Shown one piece after another: positions 1 through 12,643 of a DNA stretch of 64,000 nucleotides. The notes under the pieces are model-generated. The model did not search any database, had not been told where the DNA came from, and was given only the letters and a program-made list of their open reading frames with translations. The stretch is from Octopus vulgaris. Its lineage: Eukaryota. The stretch covers positions 117,366,001 through 117,430,000 of the forward strand of contig OX597818.1 in the NCBI GenBank assembly GCA_951406725.2, in the 5' to 3' direction. The translations under genes and the position numbers were made by a program. Every line of letters starts with the position of its first letter. Position 1 is the first letter of the stretch.

Positions 1-460
1 TACACACACATATATATGTATACGTTTATGTATAAATATATGCATATATATACATATATATATATATATATGTAAGCACATGCACACATACTCATACACA
101 TATGCATGTATGTATGTTTGTATATAAACATACACATACAATTTTGATAATTCGCCAACAGAAACTGCAGCACAGGGTAATCTTTTTCTGTTTCCAACGT
201 AATTTGTATCGTGTGTGTGTGTATGTGTGTGTATGAATTCATGTGGGGTATCGTTTGCGTGTTTGTATGCCTATCTGTATGCATGTGTATATCTGTGTGT
301 GTGAGAGAGTGTGTGATCTCCATATGTATTCTTAATCCGGCTTAACAAAGCGACTTGGCTTCGAGAGCCTTTATTGGTTTTCATTTTATTGCAACAACTG
401 CATCTGATGTTTGGGGTCTATAACTCCCTATTCATGAGTATGTGTGTGTGTGTGGGGGGG

Positions 461-607
461 GGTTCCTGTGGTAAGACGTTTTCTTCTTAACCACTTGGTT
501 CCGAGTTCAGTCCCACTGCTCGGCACCATCGAGTAATTGTCTTCTGGTGTATCCGACAAAAACGCTTAAAGAGTGGATTTGGTAGACAGAAACTGAAAGA
601 AGCCTGT

Positions 608-610
<3 letters not shown>
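461..610 (+). mobile_element. tRNA-derived SINE family A, 5' half, decayed
   Basis: GAGTTCAGTCCCACTG B-box-like head and GAGTGGATTTGGTAGACAGAAACTGAAAGAAGCC match the full copies at 1417, 27155 and 57168; runs into (TA)n. Confidence 0.8.
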
Positions 611-645
<35 letters not shown>

Positions 646-760
646 CATACATGTATATCTATGTATGTATGTATGTATATTTGTGTGAGTGTGTATATAT
701 ATATTTATATATACATACATACACACATATATATCATATATATACATATACATATGCATA

Positions 761-794
<34 letters not shown>

Positions 795-798
<4 letters not shown>

Positions 799-939
799 AC
801 AGGCTTCTTTCAGCTTCGGTCTACCACATCCAATCACCAGTCTTTGGTCGGCCACAGGCTATAGAAGACACTTGCCCAAGGTACCACGCAGTGAGACTGA
901 ACCCGGAAGCATGTGGTTGGAAAGCAAGCTATATACCAC

Positions 940-942
<3 letters not shown>
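795..942 (-). mobile_element. SINE family A, 5' half
   Basis: Reverse complement of the family A head (GAAGACACTTGCCCAAGGTACCACGCAGTGAGACTGAACCC); inverted relative to 461-610. Confidence 0.85.
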
Positions 943-983
<41 letters not shown>

Positions 984-1416
984 GTCTTATTCAGATAAAC
1001 GAAGGATTTAGTGTATGGGATGAATTAAATCTCTTCCTATCCTTTATTATCTGTCTTTCGCATTTTCGCCTCTGTTTTAGTTTATTAGTTTCGTTTATCA
1101 TTCTCTCTGCCTTTCTGTGTTCCTCGTTTGAATACCTGTTGTCCCTTTTCTATTTGTTGTTGCGTGATGTATGTCAATGACCTGTAGAATTGGTACAGTG
1201 TTTAACAGTCACCTATCGATTTTCACTTATTTCTCTCGTTCTCTAAATTCAAATTATATGAACAGAAGCACAGCACGCGTAGATCGAACAGGGAAGTATA
1301 TACCTATTATCACGCACGTACATCTGTATCTATACATTATACTATATCAAAATATATCTACGAATCCTGATCATCGTTCGCTCTAATTACGTGTAAACCT
1401 AAAACTTTAGAAAAAG

Positions 1417-1823
1417 GATCAGGAGTGGTTGTGTGATAAGTAGCTTGCTTACCAGCCACATGCTTCCGAGTTCAGTCTCACTGCGTGGCACCTTGGGCAA
1501 GTGTCTTCTACTATAGCCTCGGGCAGACCAAAGCCTTGTGAGTGGATTTGGTAGATGGAAACTGAAAGAAGCTCGTCGTATGTATGGATATATATATATA
1601 TATGTATGTGTGTGTATATGTTTATGTGTCTGTGTTTGTCCCCCAACATCGCTTGACAACCGATGCTGGTGTGTTTACGTCCCCGTAGCTTAGCGGTTCT
1701 GCAAAAGAGACCGATAGATTAAGTACTAGGCTTCCAAAGTATAAGTCCTGGGGTCGATTTGCTCGACTAAAGGTGGTGCTCCAGCATGGCCACAGTCAAA
1801 TGACTGAAACAAGTAAAAGAGTA
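1417..1823 (+). mobile_element. SINE family A, full length (tRNA head, CORE-like box, internal TA/TG microsatellite)
   Basis: A/B-box-like head, CACCTTGGGCAAGTGTCTT resembling the MIR/CORE box, central (TA)n(TG)n, 3' end GTCAAATGACTGAAACAAGTAAAAGAGT; more than 10 related copies in the window. Confidence 0.9.
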
Positions 1824-2629
1824 TATCTGCCTATGACCGTGCATCCATATAATATTAGAGCGATATAAAGACAGACATAATGAACGGCGTGATTAGAATG
1901 TCTGACCCTTAAATTCTGTCCGTCTAGCTTCACCTTCATAGAATATTCCTGGAAAATACTGAAATCCTTTCAATTTGTTACCTGATTGATTTTTATCACA
2001 ACAAAAGTATAATTCTCGGTATGTATTATGGTTACTCTGGTTAAAACATGATTCAGCAAATAATGTTGGTAAAAATATCTTGGAGGACTTAAATAAAACA
2101 TAACGAGTAGACTGGTGTTGCTAAAATTAGACACAACACTAAGGATGACGTAACAGCATATTTAAAATTGTGCGCACTGCTGCAAATAGAAATATTCTGA
2201 AAATGTAGATGATGAAATTTCCAATTACAAGAAATACCTATTAGGTGATCTAGTAGATCTTGTATCTATTTGGATGCTGAGTTTTCTAAACTGTCCGATG
2301 AGCGGAATAAACTACGCAATATTTTAATAGTGGAAATGATTGAACATTCCTCTAGCGCTTATACCACTAAGGTAATTCTTTGTACAGGTTAAGCTGATAG
2401 CAGATGCTTCGCAAGTGTTATTACGTTTAATTAAAACTACCAGACATTTTCCGACTATTCTGTTTTCTTCACAAAACATCCATCGATCTAACGCGGGAGC
2501 AAGAATATATTTACTGAAAGTAATATCTGGTGAGATCCAGTCCAAACTCTCGTGATCGGAAAAACCAATTCAGTTGTGTCCCCACCATGTAGGGTACTTC
2601 AATTTTTATTTTATCGTTAACTTATCTCC

Positions 2630-2770
2630 GACATTAGACCGCAGCCATGCCGGAGCACCACCGTGAAAAGTTTTTTTGCTGGATGGATCAATGCCAGTAC
2701 TTATTTGTTAAACTTGGTACTATCGCTCTGTTTTGCGAACCGCACATTTACGGGAACGTAAACAAACCAA
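2630..2770 (-). mobile_element. SINE family A 3' fragment, decayed
   Basis: GCAGCCATGCCGGAGCACCACC and TTTTGCGAACCGC match the reverse complement of the family A tail. Confidence 0.6.
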
Positions 2771-2932
2771 CATGTAACAAAAACATCTTTAAATGATTAT
2801 TCCGGAGTATATTCACCAACTACTTCAGTTACCGCTTCCCATTTTCTTGGCAGACGGTCACACCGTCACTTAAGATGCTTTTGTTAAATATTGTCATTGT
2901 TTTTGCTGAATAAAATTTATTTCCTCATATTC

Positions 2933-2968
2933 CTTTCTGTTGAAGAGCGTAGGCTCGAAACGTAAAGA
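2933..2968 (+). ncRNA. Minimal Penelope-type hammerhead-like motif with variant core, within a short repeat (about 2920-3060)
   Basis: cttt-CTGTTGA-a-GAGC gtag GCTC-GAAA-C-GTA-aaga: HHR topology with a 4-bp stem II; core CUGUUGA deviates from CUGANGA. Downstream sequence is homologous to the copies at 24468 and 25140. Confidence 0.5.
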
Positions 2969-3056
2969 ACTTTATCACTTTCCCGAGTGTCAAACTAATA
3001 CACCTGCTTGTTGTTCATACACCTGTCTTTGTCTTTTGTGTTTCTGTAAATTTCAA

Positions 3057-3104
<48 letters not shown>

Positions 3105-3433
3105 GGGAGGGGCGCGTGTGTTTGCGCAGATGGGTACTTGTGTTTATCGCACATCGCCACTTGTCATTCTATACCTGTTCTTCGTGGGTTTATACTGCGA
3201 ACCTCATATAAATGTGAGTATTTGTCTAAGCGCGGGCGTATACCTTATAATATATTTCGTGCTTAATATTCCATTCAAATTGGATGTAATTTACGGGGCT
3301 TTAATAGGAAAGGCACTGTTATATTTCTAGCTACCATAATAAAATACGGAGATAAAAAAGACATACATGCGTAATACACACATACTTATTAAGGAGTTAC
3401 AACTGAATTTGTAGACGAGTTTGTTGCCAAATT

Positions 3434-3490
3434 CTTGTGAGAGGATTTGATAGACGGAAGCAGAAATAAGCCTGTCGTAAATATATATAC

Positions 3491-3560
<70 letters not shown>

Positions 3561-3820
3561 GGGTGTGTATATATGCATGCATGTGTATGTGTGTACGTAT
3601 GTGTGAGTGTGTGTATCTTTGTTAGTTCCTCATCATTGCTTAAGCGATATTGGTTTGTTTACGTCCCAGCAACTTAGCGTTTCGTCGAAAGAAAACCCGA
3701 CAGACTAAGTACCGGGCGTTAAAACGTAAAAGTGCCAGGGTCGATTCTTTCGACAAATAAAACTCTTCAAAACGGTGCTCCACCATGGCCGCAGTCTATT
3801 CACTGAAACAAGTAACAGAT
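3434..3820 (+). mobile_element. SINE family A, 5'-truncated, expanded internal (TA)n
   Basis: GGATTTGATAGACGGAAGCAGAAATAAGCC ... GGTGCTCCACCATGGCCGCAGTC ... ACTGAAACAAGT. Confidence 0.8.
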
Positions 3821-4075
3821 AGAACAAACATATTCACTTGCTGATGTGCAGCACTCTGGTTAAGACGACTGCTCAGCAGTCACGTGGTTACGGATTCATG
3901 ACTTCATGCTCCCTTGGGTCTTTGAACATGTCATGGTTGAAATTTCGGAGATGTAATCAATGTAGAATATTATGGGAGGCACCGTTCATAATTTTCGATG
4001 ATATAATTAATCCCTTATCTGCTCTAATACCCCACCTGGTACATGGCATATTAGGACATTCTATTTTATTTTAGT

Positions 4076-4396
4076 GGAGGCGCATGGCCTAGTTGTTTGA
4101 GCAGCGGACTCGCGGTCGAGGGATCGCGAGTTTGAGTCTCAGACAGGGCGATGTGTGTGTTCATGAGCGAAACACCTAAGCTCCACGCGGCTCCGGCAGA
4201 ATGTAAAAGCGAACTTCTGCTGACTCTTTCGCTATACACTTTCTCTCACTCATTCCTCCTGCATCTTGCAGCTCACCTGCGATGGACCGGTGTCCCGTCC
4301 AGGTAGGGAATCTATACGCCAAGGAAAGAGTGGGAAACCGCGGCCCTTATGAGCCAGGCGTGGCTCGAGAAGGAACAAACAACAACAACAACAACA
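4076..4396 (+). mobile_element. SINE family D (family B1 head and body, V/Meta-domain-like segment, (AAC)n tail)
   Basis: Head GGCGCATGGCCTAG...GCAGCGGACTCGCGGTCG is shared with B1; then CCTGCGATGGACCGGTGTCCCGTCCAGG, resembling V-SINE/MetaSINE central domains from recall; ends in (AAC)n. Confidence 0.75.
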
Positions 4397-4526
4397 TTAT
4401 TGTAAGCACTGGAGACAGGATAACTTCCTTCCTAGAATTTCCAACCAGTCCCGAAAACACTGAAAACAGATACGGGCGCTGCTGTTTTTCCTCTGACTAA
4501 AAAAAAGTTTCGAAATAAAAAAAAAA

Positions 4527-4570
<44 letters not shown>

Positions 4571-5120
4571 ATATAAATAATTAAATTATCAGCAAGTACT
4601 TTTGTTGTAACCCAGGCGATTCGGGAGAATTCGTAACATCTCGGCATTCTGCCGAATCTCTACACACTGGCTGGCAAGTGAAAGAGGTGCAGTTTATCAT
4701 ACATTTGTGAAATTCCTTTGCAGAGAAAGCCGGCAACTACCTGTGTGAATGTTGTAATGTTTACTTTCCCCATTCCCCCACCTGTAATGTGTGTGTCTGT
4801 CTGTGTGTATGTGTGTGTGTGCGTATGTGTGCGTGCGCGCGCGTGGTATGTGATGTTTCTTTTGGGGGATTTGTTTTCCTTCTGAGTGCTGCGATTCAAC
4901 ATCGTATTGTGTCTGCCTGTAGTTTTGATGCTGATGAGGCTTCAATTGGGAGAGTGCATAAGTGTATGTGTGTGCGTGTGTGTGTGTGCTAGTGTGCGTG
5001 CGTGCGTATGTGTGTGTGTGTGTTTAGTTTCATATACATTCACATGCAAACTCAAGGTAGGTTTATGTGCAAATGTGTTTACGTGTGTATATATATAGAA
5101 ATAAAGAGAGAGAATTAGAT

Positions 5121-5349
5121 TGATAGATAGATAGATAGATAGATAGATGATAGATAGATAGATAGATAGATATATAGATAGACTCACACACACACACACA
5201 TATATATATATATGCACATATACATATACACATATGCATATATGTGTGAGTGTGTGTGTGTATGTGTGTGAATATGTGTATGAAAATATGATGTAAGGAT
5301 GTGTATCACGCATGTATGCATATTTATAAAGATAGATGGATAGATAGAG

Positions 5350-5423
<74 letters not shown>

Positions 5424-5495
5424 GCAGATTGATATACAGATAGACAGATAGATAGATAGACAGACAGACTTATAGATAGATAAATAAATAAGTAA

Positions 5496-5570
<75 letters not shown>
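5121..5570 (+). repeat. (ATAG)n-dominated compound microsatellite
   Basis: Long GATA runs interrupted by CA/TG tracts. Confidence 0.95.
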
Positions 5571-5879
5571 TCATGATATCACACATTCCCTTTCGTTTAT
5601 TTTACTGTTTTGTTTGTTTAGTGAGGTATATTCCGTCTGCTGACTTGGGGATAGAATTTCAACGGTTGTTAGAGTATGAAGTGATCAAGTGATTAACCCT
5701 TCTCTTCTTATTATTTAAGATTCGTGAAGTATGAATTCCTCCTTGAAATTCCAATCAATTCTAAAGCAACATGATTGACCATACTTCTGGTTAGAAGACT
5801 TCCATCGTTTGAAGGGGAAGTTTCTGCTGTTCCAGACGAATGGCAATTGTGTTTTCCAGTGGCGGCAGCAGAAGTAGCA

Positions 5880-6192
5880 GAAGAAGAAGAAGAAGAAGAC
5901 GAAGAACAAGAACAAGAAGAAGAACAAGAAGAAGAAGAAAGAAGAAAATGAAGAAGAAGAAGAGGAAAAAGAAGAAGAAAGAAGAAGAAGAAGAAGAAGA
6001 AGAAAGAAGAAGAAGAAGAAGAAGAAGAAGAAGAAGAAGAAGAAGAAGAAGAAAGAAGAAGAAGAAAACGAAGAGGAGGAGAAGAAGAAGAAAAAGAGGG
6101 GGAAGAAGAAGAAGAAGAAGAGGCAGAAGAGGAGGAGGAGAAAAAGAAAAGGACAAGAAGAGGAAGAAGAAGAGAAGAAGAAGAAGAAGAAG
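5880..6192 (+). repeat. (GAA)n polypurine tract
   Basis: About 310 bp almost free of pyrimidines; source of the spurious poly-R/K/S/F/L ORFs. Confidence 0.95.
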
Positions 6193-6316
6193 CTGTTCCC
6201 ATGACACTTTCTTGGTTCTCCGTGATCGGCGGGAGCAAACTTGATCAAACCCCTAGATGCTTACAACAGATTAAACACCGCCCTAGTTATCCAAGATCTA
6301 AGTGGTAGTAGTGAAT

Positions 6317-6600
6317 GCGCGATCCTTAGTAGTCTGGGTACTCACGATCGTAAGGTCGCAAGTTCGATTCCTCGCAGCGCATTGTATTCTTGACCAACCC
6401 CACATTATTTATTTCACGTTACACCAGTCCAGTCCAGTCAGCTAGCAAAAACTAGTTGTACCTGTATTTCAAAGAACCATCCTTGTCCCATTCTATGTCA
6501 TGTTGAATCTCCATGAGAACAACGTTAAGGGTACACGAGCAGGCAGTTCTGTTGATCGGTCTTACTGGAACTCTCGTTATCGTAACCAACGGAACACCAG
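6317..6600 (+). mobile_element. SINE family B2, decayed
   Basis: B-box AGTTCGATTCC; tail GTACCTGTATTTCAAAG...CGTTAAGGGTACACG...CGTAACCAACGG shared with the B copies. Confidence 0.75.
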
Positions 6601-7236
6601 TCAAGTAAACCTGAAGACCTGTAAGGTCTGCCTTACCAAGTACAGAAAACTTAACTGGTCCGTCATTAGATTGTTATTGTTTTTATTGTCTTTAGTCCGG
6701 TTTAGCTCTGATCGAGATGTCTTATAACTTCCTACCTATTATTTTCTTTTAGATATAGCGCATCCAAACTGATATATATATAATTCCCAATAAATCTGTA
6801 TGGTGTGATTTGCGGAAGATTTGGTTACTATTCCTTGCATGTTTAGAGATTTTTTGCTATAATTGCTTTACAAAACGCATTCAAATTTGCTAAAATAAAC
6901 ACGGATACAAAAACGGTCCTTTCCTGAATTCGTTAGTTTACAGAATATGAAAATGGATATGCATCAGATTGAAAGGCAATGAACAATGAGTGAGGACCCA
7001 CTTGTTGACGGTCAATGACGTGTGCTCATTTACTAAAATGAATTACTCCATTAGCTTGGATTAGAAAAAAATCCTATTGTTCACATTACGACTATATCAA
7101 GAATAATTTTTGCAGTACCTCGCTACTCCAAAACCATTTAAGATTTCTTTGTATACATCTGGAAAGCAGAGCAACAACCTGTACACATACACATTCCCAC
7201 AAACGTCATGCAGCCGATAAGCAAAACTTCACTTAC

Positions 7237-7383
7237 CAACACACTCCATGTATTTACCCACAGATGCGCTGTATCCACTCTGCCTTTTTAACAATACTGG
7301 AGTGGTTTCTGCTCTTCAGAACTAGCAAACTGTATGATCCACAGTTTCGCGGCCCTTTCTTTTCTTCTTTCGCCGTTTCTAAC
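7237..7383 (-). other. Candidate exon ending ATG GAG TGT GTT G|gtaagt (possible start-codon exon)
   Basis: Perfect GTAAGT donor at 7236-7231 and ctgtag acceptor at 7384-7385 in unique sequence; weak polypyrimidine tract; no recognisable protein. Confidence 0.2.
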
Positions 7384-8426
7384 CTACAGTCTTAACAGTA
7401 AAACACCATACCTGATATTTTGCCCAATACACTCCTAATCAATCTGTAATTCTCCCTGTATCGACGCTTCTCATACAAACATTAGGCTGTAAATATGTTT
7501 ACATAAGCCACGCAAAACTCACTATGAGAGAAAGGCGCTCAAATGACAATAGATATAATTTTGTTTTAAGTGATTTTTTTCCGGTCTAACAACAACAGTG
7601 ATACAACGGAACTATAAGTACTAGTGGTAGTAATTGTAATTGGCCTTCACCACTGATGCAACTTAATATTCTCGCATATTTATCTCAACCAGCCCCAATT
7701 TCATCAGTATCTATAAAAAACCGTTTTTAACGCCCACCTCCGCGGTGAGCTTACGACGTTGTGGTCTCTTATGAATTCAAAATACCGCAATTCTCTTACG
7801 ATGAGGTCGAATTATATTCGCTGGTGCGGTAAAATGCTAAAAGGATTAAGTATAATTGCATATATATATGTATATATATGCAATGTACACAAGTCTCTGT
7901 GTGTACATATTTGTATATACACATACTCAGGCATACACGCACACAAATATACATACATACGCATATACATACATACTTACATACCTACACATACACGCAC
8001 ACACACACACACACATATAGGTATTTAATATACACATACGTTTATATATTGAGAGATAAACCGGGTGGGTAATAGGTAGATAAAGAGATAAATAGAAAGA
8101 TAAATAGGCATGTGTGGAGGGTGAGAGTAGCACGGCTGAGACTAGAGAGTGTCTGTTAAATGGTGATGATGGTGGTGGTGGTGATAGTGGTGGTGGTAGT
8201 GGTAGCGGTGGTGGCTGGTGTTCTCCGGGTAGATAGATAGATGGCTGCTGGAGTAAAGGTAATTATAAGAAACGTTGATAAAGAAATAAGAAAAGTAATC
8301 AGTATTAACTGATAACAGCAGCTAACTACACGTGTAATTGAGTGTGCGGAACATTGTCAGACCTGTTTGCAAGTAGTCAGCATCTATGCTGTCGGCGGCG
8401 CTGGTACTGCTCGTACAACGGTGCTG

Positions 8427-8481
<55 letters not shown>

Positions 8482-8655
8482 CTTTTGTTGTGATGTTTCT
8501 TTTCTTCAATTTTTTTTTAGTTTTTTTTTTTTAGTTTTTGTATTGGTGCCGTTGCTCTTGGATCTGGTCTGCGTGGGTGGTGTTGTTGTACGAGTTTGTA
8601 TTCGTTTTATGTATTATTCTACGAGGGTTAGCGGATAGCGGTAAGAGTGCGTATC

Positions 8656-8685
8656 ATGGTGCTAAGCGATGGGTGGGCAGCAGCG
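8656..8685 (+). CDS. Candidate initial coding micro-exon MVLSDGWAAA, unknown gene
   Basis: atcATGG Kozak-like context, 30 nt open, then G|GTAAGA phase-0 donor; lies in a comparatively CpG-rich unique island that looks like a 5' UTR. No downstream exon found. Confidence 0.25.
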
Positions 8686-9061
8686 GTAAGACAAGATAAC
8701 ACAAGTCTTCTAACTGGGCAACTTCGTTAATGATATGTATATTACACAGTACCACTATATCAGTGTGTGCGTGTGTGAGCGTGTTCCCGTCCATGTATAT
8801 ATGTCTGTGCGTGCGAATATTTAACGTTTTCTTTCTCTTGTTTGGTTTACGTTATATTTTTTTCTTAGATTTTTCTGCTATTTGCTACTACACCGATATG
8901 TACATATGTAAAAACTGCTATAAGACATTATGTGTGTATTTGTGAATGAAAACTGGTTTAGATATAGTATATGCGTTTATATTTTGAGCGTATACGTGCA
9001 TGTGTAAGTATGTACTTGTACGTAGGGCTTCTACAAATCTATATGTATGTACGTCTGTCTG

Positions 9062-9123
<62 letters not shown>

Positions 9124-9228
9124 TACGTATATATATATATATATATATACGTATATACGTATATATATATATGTATATACGTATATATGTATATGTATAT
9201 ATATATGTATATGTATATATATATGTAT

Positions 9229-9260
<32 letters not shown>

Positions 9261-10024
9261 TATGTATATATTCTTTACATTTCCGTATATGTGTTTATGC
9301 GTACTTTCTGTGTGTGTGGATATATATATATGTCTTAATTTGTGTGCGTCTAGTTATGTGCGAGCAAGCCTTTTTGTATAGAATTGCGGGCGGGGTTACG
9401 TGCGTACGGGTTTGCGTAGGTGCACTAGCTCGGCTATGCAGGTATTCTCAATAAAGCTATGGTTACACCCGATAGTTGTTTAACGCCTTGCTCATGACAC
9501 CCAGGAAGAACAAAATACTGCGCATAGCTATCCATTTTTCACATCTCACCAGAATGCTTGGCTCACCCTCGACTGTTCTCTTCGCTTCTTCCTTCCCTCA
9601 TTCTTTCTTTTCTTTTCATACATTTCACCATTTATTTTTCTTCCTTTATGTTTTCACTTGTGTGTTGTTGTTTTTGTTTCTTTTTTTTTTGTTTGTTTAT
9701 GTTTTAATTATTTGCCTTTGACTTGTAACTCTCTGTCTCTCTCTCTCTGTCTGTCTCGCTCTTTCTCTCTCTCTGCCTCAGTACCAAAAATATTCGCGCT
9801 CTCTTCAAGATTCTCATTCACTCTCCCCAAATATCTATTACACTCGCTCTCCTTCACCCTTTTGCTCTCTCTTGCACACTTTGTATACAATTTGCACAAA
9901 CATATGTACACAAAAGAGCATTATCGTTTCCAAACACACACACATACATAACACACACACACACACACACACACAATGCACACACACACGTGCATGTATT
10001 TATCTATGTATGATTGTATATATT

Positions 10025-10535
10025 CTTTTATAGTCATTTCACTGCGGTCATGCTGGAGCACCACCTTTAGTCGAGCAAATCGACCCCAGGACTTATTATT
10101 TGGAAGCCTAGTAGACGGAAACTGAAAGAAGCCCGTCATATATATGTATTATAAATGTGTGTGTGTGTGTATGTTGTTTTTGTGTCTGTGTTTATACCCC
10201 CAACATTGCTTGACAACCGATTTTGGTGTGTTAAAATCTATCAGACTCCTTTGCTGAACCGCTACGTTACGGAGACGTTAACACACCAACATCAGTTGTC
10301 AAACGATGTTGGGGGACAAACACAGACACACAAACAACATATATACATACACACACATTTATAATACATATATACGAAGGGCTACTTTCGGTTTCCGTCT
10401 ACCAAATCCAGTCACAAAGCTTTGGTCGGCCTGAGTACAGTAGAAGACTCTTGCCGAAGGTGCCACGTAGTGGGAATGAACCCGGAACCATGTGGTTGGT
10501 AAGCAAGCTGCTTACCACATAGCCACACCAGCGCC
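10025..10535 (-). mobile_element. SINE family A, full length, with internal inverted duplication (10111-10232)
   Basis: Minus-strand tail 10025-10112 and body/head 10238-10535 are separated by a plus-oriented copy of the SINE's own central segment. Confidence 0.85.
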
Positions 10536-11226
10536 TATAGCAATGTTGAAGAATATATATATATATATATATATACTTATGTGTATATATATATTCAAAA
10601 AGAGAAGGCGAGAGGAAGAGAAAGCGAGAGAAAGAGAGAGAGAGAGGAAGAGATTGATGAACTGATAGACAAAGAGATAGATACATAAAGAGAGAGATTG
10701 ACGTATGAACATGCGATGAATCTTAGAATAAAAACAAAAGCGAGAAGACATACACATGCATAATTCTGCGTGTATGTGAGCGTTTATTTGTGTGTGTAGA
10801 TATGAATGTGTGTTTGTGGTGGGGGTGTAGGTGTGTGGGGTATGCTTTTAGATCTGTGTACGTGTGTGCGTGTCCGTTTATTTGAGTGTGGGGGTATTGT
10901 AGGTGTGTGTGCGTGTGTGCAGGATTTTGGGACGTTTCATTGTTTGACTTTTAAGATTTTGCTTCGTTTTATTCCTTAAACAAAAAGTAGATGTCTAAGA
11001 ACAATTGTATAATTTAAGTATATTTGTGAATGGGAATTGTTTTAGGCCGGGTACGTGCGCGGTTCCACTCACTATGTATAGATATATATATATATATATT
11101 GATATATATATATGTATATATATATATATAAAGTTAATCCAAACAAGAAAACAAAAAAGACAACAACGCAAAAGGTGGAACAATTAAAGTATTATTAAGC
11201 ATTCAGGAAAAAAGGGAAGAAGGAGG

Positions 11227-11262
11227 GTATGACGTTTCGAGCGGAGCTCTTCGTCGGAAACA
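11227..11262 (-). ncRNA. Minimal Penelope-type hammerhead-like motif with variant core, in a repeat (about 11110-11308) between (TA)n tracts
   Basis: Minus strand: tgttt-CCGACGA-a-GAGC tcc GCTC-GAAA-C-GTC-atac; GUC triplet; core has U4->C. Confidence 0.5.
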
Positions 11263-11305
11263 TAAGAGAAAGAAAGATCCCGAGGTGGGAGGACAGAGGG
11301 AAAAA

Positions 11306-11350
<45 letters not shown>

Positions 11351-11470
11351 ATAGAGAGTGAGAGAGAGATAGAAAGATAGATAGATATAGATATAGACAC
11401 AGATATATATGTGTGTGCGAGTGTGGGGTGTAATAGTGTGCATGTGTGTTTGTGCGTTCGCGTGTGTGTG

Positions 11471-11630
11471 TGGTGTGTTAACATTCCCGTTATTTAGCGG
11501 TTCGGCAAAAGCACCCGATACAATAAGTACTAGGCTTACAAAGAATAAGTCCTGGGGTCGATTTGTTCGACTAGAGGCAGTGCTCCAGCACGGCCGCAGT
11601 CAAATGACTGAAACAAGTAAAAGGGTAAAA
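11471..11630 (+). mobile_element. SINE family A 3' part
   Basis: TTAGCGGTTCGGCAAAAG...AAGTCCTGGGGTCGATTTGTTCGACT...GACTGAAACAAGTAAAAG. Confidence 0.85.
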
Positions 11631-11711
11631 TAGAAAGTAACCTATTTAATGCATATATATGTGAGTGTGTGTGTGTGTGTATTTCTTTTATATATGTGTT
11701 TTGTGTGTGTG

Positions 11712-11752
<41 letters not shown>

Positions 11753-11976
11753 GTGTACATCAGTTTTAATCTTTTGCCAACATTTTCTACTTTACAGATG
11801 CCTGACGATCAGGAACGCGAAACATTTAGTTTTTATCTTTTCACGATGAAGCTTCAAAATATGGGTAGAATGTGGACCGTATTGAGTACACCTTTTTTGT
11901 TTGTCTCACTGAATTTACCTAATTACACACATAAATACATACACATACACGCATGTATTTCCTTTTATACACATAC

Positions 11977-12014
<38 letters not shown>

Positions 12015-12389
12015 GTGTATATGTATGTATATGTATATATACCTACGTATGCATAATACATATAAAATATTTTACTATGTGTGTGTGTACGTGGCTCGTG
12101 TGTTGCCCTCACGATCGTTAGATTACTGTTTGACTTCCGTGCCGGACAGCGTGTTCTGTTCTTGAGCAGAACAATTTAGTCAGAGACTGACAAGATCGCT
12201 GGCGCGTCGACAAAATTGCTTTACTGTATATCTTCCGGCTCACTACATTCTTAGTTCAAATCCCAAGTTTCAGGAGAAGGCAAAGGGGATCCTCTCCAGT
12301 ATTCATCCAAAGAATAGGCATGGATGGCTTTAAGGAACGGGTACGATCCCTTTCGGGTCGTATGAGGGGGCTGAGGAAATTGAATGTTT

Positions 12390-12427
<38 letters not shown>

Positions 12428-12447
12428 ATATACATGGATATTTAAAA

Positions 12448-12643
12448 GAGCACCCCGTCGTGTCCCAGCTGATCCAATCTACGGAACAGCCTGCTTGTGA
12501 AATTAACATGTAAGTGGCTGAGTACTCCACAGGCATGTGTACCCCTAACATAGTTGTTGGGGAGATTCAGCGTGACGCAGGCCGGGAATTTAACTCACGT
12601 CCTTATGATCGTGAGCTGAATACCCTAACCACTAAGCAACGCG
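12448..12643 (-). mobile_element. SINE family B2 with internal deletion
   Basis: Reverse complement of the B tail (GAAATTAACATGTAAGTGGCTGAGTACTCCACAG) joined directly to the head (ACCCTAACCACTAAGC). Confidence 0.75.

Noticed and set aside
8656-8685. Globin-like N-terminus (MVLSDG..W)
   Set aside because: Only a few residues match and no further globin exons were found.
11798-11865. tttacag|ATGCCTGACGAT.. as the second exon for MVLSDGWAAA
   Set aside because: Acceptor is plausible but the donor is weak and the peptide is unrecognisable.
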